A stretch of DNA of 63,597 nucleotides, counting the filler, from Caldilineae bacterium (GTDB taxonomy: Bacteria; Chloroflexota; Anaerolineae; DTLA01): assembly GCA_037446815.1 (NCBI GenBank). It is 3 parts of 3 records of this genome, joined end to end, with 100 filler letters (N's around TTAATTAATTAA, not from the genome) between each part and the next. Parts side by side here need not be neighbours in the genome. Positions count along the whole stretch, not along the records: positions 23,905 to 47,679 come from JBBIHX010000034.1; positions 47,780 to 63,597 come from JBBIHX010000058.1; 1 more part is not named here. The stretch is one strand, 5' to 3'. A program made the position numbers and the translations under genes. This document shows positions 45,399-54,304 of the stretch, in pieces; the first letter of the stretch is position 1; every line of letters begins with the position of its first letter. The notes under the pieces were generated by a model that did no database searches, was not told the origin of the DNA, and worked only from the letters and a program-made list of their open reading frames with translations.

Positions 45399-47679
45399 AT
45401 GAGCAAGTCGGCGGACAACTGGGAAAGGCAGACGTGGTGGGAACAGCCCGCGGCGCGGGCGCTGGTGTGGCTCACCTGGGAGAAGGCGGCGTACCTGGCG
45501 CTGTTCGCCGTGGCGCTGGCGATGCGCCTGTGGAATCTGGGCGCGCGCAGCATGAGCCACGACGAGAGTCTGCACGCGCTGTTCTCCTGGAAGTTGTACG
45601 CGGGACAGGGGTACGTGCATGACCCCATGATGCACGGGCCGTTCCTCTTCTATGCCAACGCGCTGGCCTACTACCTGTTCGGCGTGAGCGATTTCACGGC
45701 GCGGCTGGTGCCCGCGTTGTTCGGCGCGTCGCTGGCATTCCTGCCCTATTTCCTGCGCAAGCACCTGGGGCGGCTGGGGGCATTCGTAACCGCCATCCTC
45801 CTCACCTTCTCGCCGTCGTTTTTGTACTACTCGCGGTATATCCGCAACGACATCTACATCGCCGTGTGGTCGGTGCTGATGCTCGTCGCGCTGTTCCGCT
45901 TCCTGGACGAGGGCAAGGATCGGTACATCTACCTGTTCGGCATCGTGGCGCTTCTGTCCATTGCCACGAAGGAAGTGGCGTATATTACGGGATTTATCTT
46001 CGTTGTCTTTGTGCTCTGGGCCGTGGCCTGGGAGCGGCTGGGGGCCAGCGGACGGGAGGCAGCGCGCTGGGCGCTGCTGGGGGCCGGCGGCGGGTTCCTC
46101 ATCGTGGCGCTGTGGCTCACGGTGCGGTCGGGCGGGAGCGCGTTGACGCCCACGCCGCGGGCGCTGCCCAATCTGGTGCTGGTCGCGTGCTTCGCCTTCG
46201 CGTTCGGCCTGGCCGGGCTCGCATGGCGCAACCTGCGGGATGGCGCGCCGGTCTCCGAGGGCTTGGCGCGTGTGCGCTGGCGGGCCGTGGCGTGGACGGC
46301 GCTCGCGGCGGCGGTGATCTTCGTCGTGCTGTACACGACGGTGTTCAGCAACCTGCGGGGGCTGTACAGCGGAACCATTGGGCAGGTGGTCTATTGGCTG
46401 AAGCAGCACGGCGTGCAGCGAGGCGATCAGCCGTGGTACTACTACTTCGTGCTGATGCCGATGTACGAGTTCCTGCCGCTGCTGGGGGCGCTGGCGGCGA
46501 TGGTGTACTACGCCTTCGTGCGCCGCCGCTGGGACGAGCACCAGGATCGCCTGCCATTCGTGCCCTTCCTCATCTTCTGGACGATTGCGGCGACGGCGCT
46601 GTACAGTTGGGCGGGGGAGAAGATGCCGTGGCTGGTGCTCCATCCCGTCCTGCCGATGGTGCTGCTCACGGGGCGATTGGCGCAGGACTGGATCGGCGGG
46701 GTGGATTGGGGCGAGGCGTGGAAGCGGGGCGCCGCTGGGTTCATCCTGCTGGTGCCATTCGCAGTGTTCTTGCTGATCCGATTGTTCCTGTTGCGCCCGT
46801 TTGCGGGGATGTCGCTCCAGGACCTGTCGCGGACGGCGACGTGGATTCTGAACGCGGGCGTGGCGGTGGCGGCGTTGTGGGTTGTGTACTCCTACGCGAC
46901 GGCGCGGCTGGGCGTGCGGTTCGCCCTGCGGTGCGCGGCGGTGTCGGCGCTCGGCATCCTGTTCCTGCTGACGGTGCGGTTCACGTGGATGGCGAACTAC
47001 GTCAACTACGACACCGCGAAGGAATTCATCGTCTATGCCCACGGCACGCAGTTCGTCAAGCAGACGATGGCCGAAATCGCCGAAATCTCTGAGCGCCTGT
47101 ACGGGGACACGTCCGTTGAGTTGTCCTACGACGGCGGCGACTTGCGCGATCAGGCTAACCCCAACGACGACTGCGGCGGCTTAGCGTGGCCGCTGGAGTG
47201 GTACCTGCGCGAGTTCCCCAATCGGCACTACTTCCAGTATTGGGATGGCGGGACCTCGGCAAGCCCGCAGATGTTCACGGTCCCTGTGGTGCTGGTGGAT
47301 TCGTGCAATGAGGGCAAGGTGAAGTCCTTGCTGGGCGACAAGTACTACCGCTTCCCCACCGAATCCTGGCGGCAGTTGGTGTGGTGGCCCACGGAGGATT
47401 ACCGCAACCTGACGCCTGCCCGCATCCTCGCGGCGCTGAAGAATCCCGTTCGCCGCGCTGAAATCTGGGACATCCTGTGGTGGCGCAAGTACAAGTACAC
47501 GGCGGACACGTGGCCGAATCGCCACGACTTCGCGATGTACGTGCGCAAGGATGTCGTCTCGCTGATGTGGAAGTACAGCATCGGTGGCGCTGCCCCGCAG
47601 CCGCCTGTAGTTGTTACCGAGGATCCGTATCTGGCGAAGAAGGTGCTGGTGCCGGCGGCGCTGGTGTTTGGGCGGCAAG
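45399..47679 (+). CDS. second TIGR03663 paralog, truncated by the contig end at the start of its NHL module
   Basis: SHDESLH, HDPMMHGPFLF, SRYIRND, RGDQPWYYY, AGEKMPWL. Confidence 0.85.
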
Positions 47680-47779
47680 NNNNNNNNNNNNNNNNNNNNN
47701 NNNNNNNNNNNNNNNNNNNNNNNTTAATTAATTAANNNNNNNNNNNNNNNNNNNNNNNNNNNNNNNNNNNNNNNNNNNN
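47680..47779. other. artificial contig-joining spacer
   Basis: 44 N + TTAATTAATTAA + 44 N. Confidence 0.95.
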
Positions 47780-47980
47780 CGGCGAAGAATCTCGCAACCC
47801 GAGACCCTTCGCTTCGCTCAGGGTGACAGGGCCAGGCCCCGCTCCCGCGCCCGCCGCAAACTGTCATTCTGAGCCGCGAAGCGGCGAAGAATCTCGCAAC
47901 CCGAGACCCTTCGCTTCGCTCAGGGCGACAGGGCCAGGCCCCGCTCCCGCGCCCTTCGGGAGAGGGCCGGGGTGAGGGCC
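47780..47980. repeat. tandem REP-like units at a contig end
   Basis: Two copies of GCGAAGAATCTCGCAACCCGAGACCCTTCGCTTCGCTCAGGGYGACAGGGCCAGGCCCCGCTCCCGCGCCC. Confidence 0.85.
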
Positions 47981-48007
47981 TCGCCTTCCGGCCGTCCGCC
48001 GTCGGCG

Positions 48008-50191
48008 CTACCGCGTCACGCTGCGCATGATGAGAGGCAAGTGCAGCCGCCCGTGGGGCAAAGGCGTGATCTTCGGCGTCATCTTCGGCGTCGCCGTGGG
48101 CGTGGCCGTCGGCGTCGCGGTGGGCGTCTCCGTCACGGTCGGCGTGGCCGAGGCCGTTGCGCTGACCGTAGCGGTCGCCGTCGGCGTGGGTGTGGCCGTG
48201 GCGTCGGCCTGCCACGAGATCGCCCAGGCGTCCAGGCGAGGCGTGGCCCCACCGTCCGCGGACTCCATCCGCGCCGCCAGCCGAAGCCCAGGGTACGCCT
48301 GGACGCTCAACCCCGCCAGGCTGGCGCCGCTGGCCACATCCGACAGGACAACCTCGCCCGAGCCATCGCACACATCCACATGGAGCGACGCGCCCGCCGG
48401 GACGGTAGCCGTGTAGGTCAGTTGCCCCCACTGGGCCAGCGGGTTGGGCGCGACGAGCACGGAAACGGCCGCGCCGGCGGTCTTGTAGCGCCGGTACACC
48501 AGCCGCACCGCGTCCAAGCGCGGGGACACGAGGTGATCGGCCGTGGACAGGTCGGCGCGCACCTGGACAAAGCGCGCCACGGGCGCGGGGACGGGCAAGC
48601 CCGGCGCGCCTATCGGGGGCGACCAGTCGCTCCATGAAACGTCGGGGGCGGGAGTGTTGCCGCTCCGCACGTGGAACAGCAGCGACGTGCCTGTCGGCGT
48701 CTGGGCATCCCAGTCCAGCGCGCCCCACGCCGCAACCCCGCCCGTATCGTACACCGGCGACAGATACGTGCCCTGATAGACATAGTTCGGGTCGTAGCGA
48801 GCGGCGTAAATCATGCCGGCGCCGTCCCGGCGATCCTCCCACGCAAGGAGCACCTCGCCCGAGGCCTGCCCCACCGCAGCGGGAATGCCGTGCTCAATGC
48901 CTGCGCCGCCCGAGTCCACGGGGGCGAGCGCAGACCACGTCAGTCCGCCGTCGGCCGAATAGGCATGGAACACGTTCAGTTTCCCGCCTTCCGCCTGGCG
49001 GCAGAGGAGATGCACGAGCGAGCCGCCCACCGCCAGGACAGGATCGTGCTGGTCTGCAGAGGCTTGCGGCGAAACGATGGGGGCGGGGGCGGACCACGAA
49101 GCGCCGCCATCGGTGCTCCTGGACACGAGGACGTCGTAGCCGCTGGTGGCGCGGTTGCGGTCGTCCCGCCATGCGGCGATGACCGTGCCATCGGCGACGA
49201 CGGCCAGGGATGGCGTATCCTGCGCCCCCGCCACGCCGTCAATGCGGATGTCCGTGCCCCACGACGCGCCGTCGTTGGTGCTGCGGTCCACATAGACATT
49301 CCACGTGCCGCTGCGGTTATCTGCCCAGATGGCGTACAGGACATTCGGCGCGCCCGCGACGATGCGAGGGGCATCGCTGAACTGCACGGCGCTCACATCG
49401 CTGATGCGGGCAACGGCGCTCCAGTTGGCGCTGTTGGCGTAGAACACGCCCGCAAAATCCCTCGTCCAGGCGACGTGAACCTTGCCCGACGCCGACCGCG
49501 CGATGGCCGGAGACTTGTTGCCGGCGCTTGGGAATGCGGCCAGCGCCGTGAGCGTCCAGGACGTGCCCCCGTTGGTGCTCCGCCCGTACACGATGCTATC
49601 GCCGTTCTCGCCATCCTTGGACTCGCGCCACGCGGCGTGAATCTCCGTGGGGCTTGCCACGGCGATGCGGGCAGGGTAGCGATACGCCTGGGACGGGTGC
49701 GGGATCGTAAGGGGAGTCGTCCAGGTAACGCCGCCGTCCGACGAATAGGCGTAGAAGACATCCCACAGGGGAGAGGCCAGCACATCCTGCCAGACGAGAT
49801 GGACGCCCCCCGCCGAGTCGCGGGCGAGGTCGGGCGATTTCTGCGCGGCCTGCCGCGTGGGCGAGTAGACGCGCGTCGGCGCGGAGAAGCCGGCCATCGC
49901 CAGTTCAATCGCCCCTTCCGCCGTAACGACCCGCGTCCCGCTGAGGGTGCCGGCCCCGAAGTCGGCGGCGGTAGTCTGCGTCCACGTCGCAGGTTCTTGC
50001 GCGAGCACCAGGTTGCCTTCGGCCACGAGCGTATCGGTCATGGTCTGAAGACCCGTTGCGTCCGCGAAGGTGTCCTGCCACCACGATTCGCCGACGGACG
50101 GCGCGGCAGACGCGGCCAGGAGCGCCACCATCAGGCCCGAGGCGAAGATGATAAAGGCAATGGCGATGCGGGTGGTGTTCGGTTTCGTCAT
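48008..50191 (-). CDS. secreted BNR/Asp-box (sialidase-like) beta-propeller protein with PT linker and C-terminal LHLPLIMR motif
   Basis: Signal peptide; Asp-boxes SSDGGVTW, STNGGTSW, STNDGASW, STDGGASW, SADGGLTW. Confidence 0.85.
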   Translation of the reverse strand: MTKPNTTRIAIAFIIFASGLMVALLAASAAPSVGESWWQDTFADATGLQTMTDTLVAEGNLVLAQEPATWTQTTAADFGAGTLSGTRVVTAEGAIELAMAGFSAPTRVYSPTRQAAQKSPDLARDSAGGVHLVWQDVLASPLWDVFYAYSSDGGVTWTTPLTIPHPSQAYRYPARIAVASPTEIHAAWRESKDGENGDSIVYGRSTNGGTSWTLTALAAFPSAGNKSPAIARSASGKVHVAWTRDFAGVFYANSANWSAVARISDVSAVQFSDAPRIVAGAPNVLYAIWADNRSGTWNVYVDRSTNDGASWGTDIRIDGVAGAQDTPSLAVVADGTVIAAWRDDRNRATSGYDVLVSRSTDGGASWSAPAPIVSPQASADQHDPVLAVGGSLVHLLCRQAEGGKLNVFHAYSADGGLTWSALAPVDSGGAGIEHGIPAAVGQASGEVLLAWEDRRDGAGMIYAARYDPNYVYQGTYLSPVYDTGGVAAWGALDWDAQTPTGTSLLFHVRSGNTPAPDVSWSDWSPPIGAPGLPVPAPVARFVQVRADLSTADHLVSPRLDAVRLVYRRYKTAGAAVSVLVAPNPLAQWGQLTYTATVPAGASLHVDVCDGSGEVVLSDVASGASLAGLSVQAYPGLRLAARMESADGGATPRLDAWAISWQADATATPTPTATATVSATASATPTVTETPTATPTATPTATPKMTPKITPLPHGRLHLPLIMRSVTR

Positions 50192-50263
50192 GATGTCTCC
50201 GTCCGTGATTGGGATGTGCTGCCACAGCGGGCCGAGAGCGCAGAGCCGCCGGCCCGTTTCTTG

Positions 50264-50413
50264 GAGTCGGTCCCAAAGTCTGTTGGTGCCCGTCATTGCG
50301 AGGGCACGCAGTGCCCGAAGCAATCTCCGGGGCGCGGGATTGCTTCGCTTCGCTCGCAATGACACCCGAGGAGAGTGCGCCTACGATTCACCAACACAAG
50401 ATGGAACCGGCCC
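50264..50413. mobile_element. 150-bp MITE with perfect 8-bp TSD
   Basis: GTTTCTTG at 50256-50263 and 50414-50421. Confidence 0.88.
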
Positions 50414-50461
50414 GTTTCTTGCTACAACGTGTGTCGTGTGCCGTGGGTGCGGGGCCGAACC

Positions 50462-51538
50462 CTATCCGCCCAGCGCCTTGTCCAGGAGTTGCCACAGGTC
50501 CAGGACGTCCACGAATTTGTCCACTTCGTTGGCGAGGCGGCCCGCGCCTCGCAAGAGCGTCGGCGTGCAGGTCGGGCACACGGTGATGATGGTCTCCGCG
50601 CCTACGGCCAGCGCGTCGCGCACGCGATTCTTGGCGATCTCCGCGGACAGTTTCGGGTTCACGGCGGTTACGCCGCCCCCACCGCCGCAGCATGTACTGA
50701 ACGTGCGATTGTGCTCCATCTCCACCAGGTGGATGCCCAGCGCGCGGATGATGTCGCGGGGCTCCTCAAACACGCCCAACATGCGCCCCAGGTGGCACGG
50801 GTCGTGATACGTGGCCGTCATCGGCGTCGGCTCCAACCGCAGGTCGCCGATGCGCTCGGCCACGGCGACGATGGCCGGCTTCACCCGCAGGCCGTACTTG
50901 TCGCGCAGCGTGATGGTGCACGTCGGGCACAGGGTGAGAATCTCTTGTTCGGCGTATGGCGCGTACACCTGCCGGAACCGCTCCTGCGCGCGGGCGAACC
51001 CCTCGGCGTCGCCCGTGGCCTCCACCACATACCCGCAGCAGACCTCGTCGGCGATGAGCGGGTCAAACCCCGCCTTCTCCAGCACCGAGAGGATGGTCTT
51101 CACTTCGGCGGGCTTGCTCTGGTATAAACACCCCAGGTACAGCGGCGTTGTGCCTTCGCGGCGAATGGCCGTCGCGCGGGGGAAAAGGTAGCCTTCGGTC
51201 AGTATCTGCACGCTGTTGGCCTCATGCTTGGCGGCGCGGAACCCGGCCTGGGCCAGCGCCTCGCGCAGCGCGGTGATGATCTCCACGTTGTGCAGGGCGC
51301 AGCGGGCCGCGCAGTAGCCGCACAGCAGGCATTCGTCGGCCATCCGCGCCATCTCCTCGTCGGGCGCCAGCGTGCCTTCCAGCAGGCCCCGCGCCACCAG
51401 CATCTTGCCCCGGCACGAGTAGGTCTCGTACCCCTCCACGCGGTACACCGGGCACTCCTCGCGGCAGAAGCCGCAGCGGGTGCGGTTGCAGGTGTAGATG
51501 TCATCTATGTACTGCTCAAGGGCTTGCAAGGGGTTCAT
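50462..51538 (-). CDS. Fe-S binding protein (GlcF/HdrD-like; 2x4Fe-4S plus CCG domains)
   Basis: CNRTRCGFCREECP, CLLCGYCAARC, CCG, YHDPCHLGR, CCGGGGG. Confidence 0.92.
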   Translation of the reverse strand: MNPLQALEQYIDDIYTCNRTRCGFCREECPVYRVEGYETYSCRGKMLVARGLLEGTLAPDEEMARMADECLLCGYCAARCALHNVEIITALREALAQAGFRAAKHEANSVQILTEGYLFPRATAIRREGTTPLYLGCLYQSKPAEVKTILSVLEKAGFDPLIADEVCCGYVVEATGDAEGFARAQERFRQVYAPYAEQEILTLCPTCTITLRDKYGLRVKPAIVAVAERIGDLRLEPTPMTATYHDPCHLGRMLGVFEEPRDIIRALGIHLVEMEHNRTFSTCCGGGGGVTAVNPKLSAEIAKNRVRDALAVGAETIITVCPTCTPTLLRGAGRLANEVDKFVDVLDLWQLLDKALGG

Positions 51539-52998
51539 CGCAGCCACCTCGTGTCAAATTTCTTGCCTGGGTTCATGATTCCCATCGGGTCAAAGAGGGC
51601 CTTGACCTGTTTCATGTACTCCAGGCTAGGCCCATGCTCCAGGATGTTGAAACCGCCCAGGCGGTCGCCGTCGCCGATGTACGAACTCATGGTGCCTTCC
51701 AGTTCTACCGCCATCTCGCTCATCTCGCGCACGTATTCGTAGAAGTTGCGGACGCTTTCCTCCGTGGAGTCGTCCACGAACACGGCGAAACTGATGCTGG
51801 CCGTGGACTTGTTGGGCGACTCATTGTACACGGTCATGCCCAGCACGTCCTGGTGCCACTTGGCGGCGATTTCGCGGAAGCGGGCATAGGCTTCGTCCAG
51901 CCTGCCGATGGGGAGGCCCAGGTCTGCCGCCCCGAACTTCTTGACCCGCTGGCTATCGGGCCACTTCTGCTTGAACGGGATGAACTCCAGGCGGTGCTTG
52001 GAGTCCCACCACCCGTCCACCATCTCCTGCTCGCGCACCATCTCCGCGCCGAACTCCTCCCGCAGGATGCGCGTCGTCTTGTCCATGCTGAACTCCACCA
52101 CGTCGGGGTCGCCCGCCCAGGAGATGAACAGAATCGCCTCGGCCCAGTCGGGCACCTCGGGTTCGCGGTGGTACTTCTCGCGGTACGAGTGGGTGTAGAA
52201 GTGCAGGCGCTCGCGGTCGTTCATGTGGGCGCTGTCAATGGCCAGGCCCGCCGCCAGCACGCGCTCCAGGGCCTTGGCCCCCTCGTTCAGGCTGCGGAGC
52301 AGATACCCGCGCACCTGGCGGGTCTGGGGCAAGGGGAAGACGCGCAGCGTGGCCTCGGTTACGATGCCCAGCGTGCCCTCGGACCCGACGACGAGTTCCA
52401 AGAGTTTGTAGCCTGTGGATGTGAACGAGGCCTTGCGCCGGCCCAGGCGGACGGCCTCGCCCCTGCCCGTAACAAGCACCAGGTTGGTCAGGTTCTCCAG
52501 GATTTTGCCGTAGCGGATGCCGAAGGTGGAGTCGTTGTCGCAGCCGATGCACGCGCCGATGGTGCAGGCGCGCTTGCTTTCGGGCTGGTGCGGAAACCAC
52601 AGGTTGTGGCGGGCCAGGTGCTCGTTGAGCGTCCAGATGGTGATGCCCGCCCCCACGGTTACCGAGAGGTTCTGCAAGTCCAATTCCAGAATCTGATTGA
52701 GGCCCTTGGTTTCCACCATGATGCCGCCGCGCCACGCCGCCACCCCGCCCCCCATGCCGGTCCCGCCAGCGAAGGGGACGACCGGCAGATTGTAGCGCAG
52801 CGCCACCTCCACCAACTGCACGACCTCATCCGTGGTATGCGGGATGACGACGATGTCGGGCAGGTCTTGCGCGGAGCGGTGGCGGGGGCTCCAGTCGCGG
52901 CTGTAGGCCATTCGGTGCATGGGCGAAATGGACGCCCTCTCGCGGAAAATGGCGTGCAATTCCTCGTAGGCGCGTTGAACGTGGGTATCGGTAGGCAT
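51535..52998 (-). CDS. FAD-binding oxidoreductase (GlcD/D-lactate dehydrogenase/VAO family)
   Basis: PFAGGTG, CTIG, RYG, GSEGTLGIVTEATL, KALFDPMGIMNPGK; AGGAG RBS. Confidence 0.92.
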   Translation of the reverse strand: MPTDTHVQRAYEELHAIFRERASISPMHRMAYSRDWSPRHRSAQDLPDIVVIPHTTDEVVQLVEVALRYNLPVVPFAGGTGMGGGVAAWRGGIMVETKGLNQILELDLQNLSVTVGAGITIWTLNEHLARHNLWFPHQPESKRACTIGACIGCDNDSTFGIRYGKILENLTNLVLVTGRGEAVRLGRRKASFTSTGYKLLELVVGSEGTLGIVTEATLRVFPLPQTRQVRGYLLRSLNEGAKALERVLAAGLAIDSAHMNDRERLHFYTHSYREKYHREPEVPDWAEAILFISWAGDPDVVEFSMDKTTRILREEFGAEMVREQEMVDGWWDSKHRLEFIPFKQKWPDSQRVKKFGAADLGLPIGRLDEAYARFREIAAKWHQDVLGMTVYNESPNKSTASISFAVFVDDSTEESVRNFYEYVREMSEMAVELEGTMSSYIGDGDRLGGFNILEHGPSLEYMKQVKALFDPMGIMNPGKKFDTRWLR

Positions 52999-53032
52999 CG
53001 CATCACTCCTTTGTGAATGCATGGCTTGGGTC

Positions 53033-53740
53033 TTATCCCTCAACGTGTAGGATGCGCTCGCACGAGGGGCAGAAGGCGACCTGAGCGCGGTCGCGGGCCT
53101 GCTGGGCAACGGCGATGGGCACCGAGACGCCGCACGCGCCGCAGACGTTGGCGCGCGTCAGGAGCGCCACGGGGCGGTTGCCCTTGCGCTTGGCCAGGTA
53201 CTCGTAGAGGCTCAAGGTTTCGGGATTGAGGGACGCACGGGTTTCGGCGATGGCCTTGTCCAGCGCGGCAATGCGCTGCTCCAGTTCTCCCCGCTGCTTC
53301 GTGAGGTCTGCGACCTGGGCTTCGCGCTCCGCGGTTGCCTGGGCAAGTTGAGCATCGGCAGCAGCGTGCTGCGCCTGGGCCTCCTCCAGGATGATGAGGG
53401 CTTCCAGCAGGTCGTCCTCCAACTTGGCGATTCGGCGCTGCAGCGCTTCGCTCTCGGCCTGGAGGCTGGCCACCTCCTTGGGATTGGTAACCTTGCCGCT
53501 GAACATGCGCGTTTCGGTGTTGGCCTTCTTGGACTTCACGCTCTGGATTTCCAGTTCCAGTTCGCGGACGGCCGTCTGCGCCTTGGTCAGGGCGGACTGG
53601 GCGGCTTTGGCCTGGGCTGCGGCGGCGTCCACTTGGGAGGCGTCGCCCAGGATTGCGATGGCCTGCGCGAGCCGCTGGGCGCAGTCGGCCCGCTCCAGTT
53701 CGGCCTGCTGGAGGCGGTACAGGGTCGGCGCGATTTCCAT
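53033..53740 (-). CDS. coiled-coil C4 zinc-ribbon protein (DUF164/CT398-like)
   Basis: LYRLQ, long coiled coil, NPKE, CGAC...CPSCERIL. Confidence 0.9.
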   Translation of the reverse strand: MEIAPTLYRLQQAELERADCAQRLAQAIAILGDASQVDAAAAQAKAAQSALTKAQTAVRELELEIQSVKSKKANTETRMFSGKVTNPKEVASLQAESEALQRRIAKLEDDLLEALIILEEAQAQHAAADAQLAQATAEREAQVADLTKQRGELEQRIAALDKAIAETRASLNPETLSLYEYLAKRKGNRPVALLTRANVCGACGVSVPIAVAQQARDRAQVAFCPSCERILHVEG

Positions 53741-53779
53741 TGGGCCCCTCGCGTGAGTGTTGGCGCGATTGCGCGGCCC

Positions 53780-53808
53780 ATTATAACACGGGGGTGGCGG
53801 AGAGGCAA
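53780..53808 (-). promoter_or_regulatory. sigma70 promoter
   Basis: TTGCCT-N17-TATAAT with extended TG. Confidence 0.6.
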
Positions 53809-53823
53809 TTGCAGGCGCCGGAG

Positions 53824-54114
53824 GACTCGGCCCCAAAGTCTGTTGGCATGTACCGTCATTCTGAGCGGCGAAGCCGCGAAGAATCTCACAACCCGAGACC
53901 CTTCGCTTCGCTCAGGGTGACAGGGCCAAACCCCGCTCCCTCGCCCGCCGCAAACTGTCATTCTGAGCGGCGAAGCCGCGAAGAATCTCTCGCCCCTATC
54001 CGCACAATCCGTGCTATCCGTGGATACACCCATGGAGATGCTTCGCCTTCCGCTCAGCATGACAGAGTGGGGAGGCGGCGCGCGGGGCAGACCAACACAA
54101 GATGAAACCGACTC
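53824..54114. mobile_element. expanded MITE (291 bp) with near-perfect 8-bp TSD
   Basis: Flanks CGCCGGAG / GGCCGGAG; duplicated GTCATTCTGAGCGGCGAAGCCGCGAAGAATCTC cargo. Confidence 0.8.
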
Positions 54115-54247
54115 GGCCGGAGGACTCGGCCCCCAAGCGTGGTAATGACGGGGCCGCAACCGCGAATGAACGTGAACCCACCCGAACGAAGAAATGGGGA
54201 AACGAGATTCTGAGGCGCGACGCGCCGAAGAATGACGGATATGCGCA

Positions 54248-54275
54248 TTGACGCAAGGGCGGATCGTGGTAGAAT
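54248..54275 (+). promoter_or_regulatory. sigma70 promoter of the second GT-C operon
   Basis: TTGACG-N16-TAGAAT with extended TG. Confidence 0.6.
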
Positions 54276-54304
54276 GCACGCGCGATCTTGCGACGGAGAA
54301 CCGT

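Noticed and set aside
45399..47735. Pseudogene call for the second TIGR03663 paralog
   Set aside because: The truncation coincides with the contig end; the stop comes from the artificial linker.
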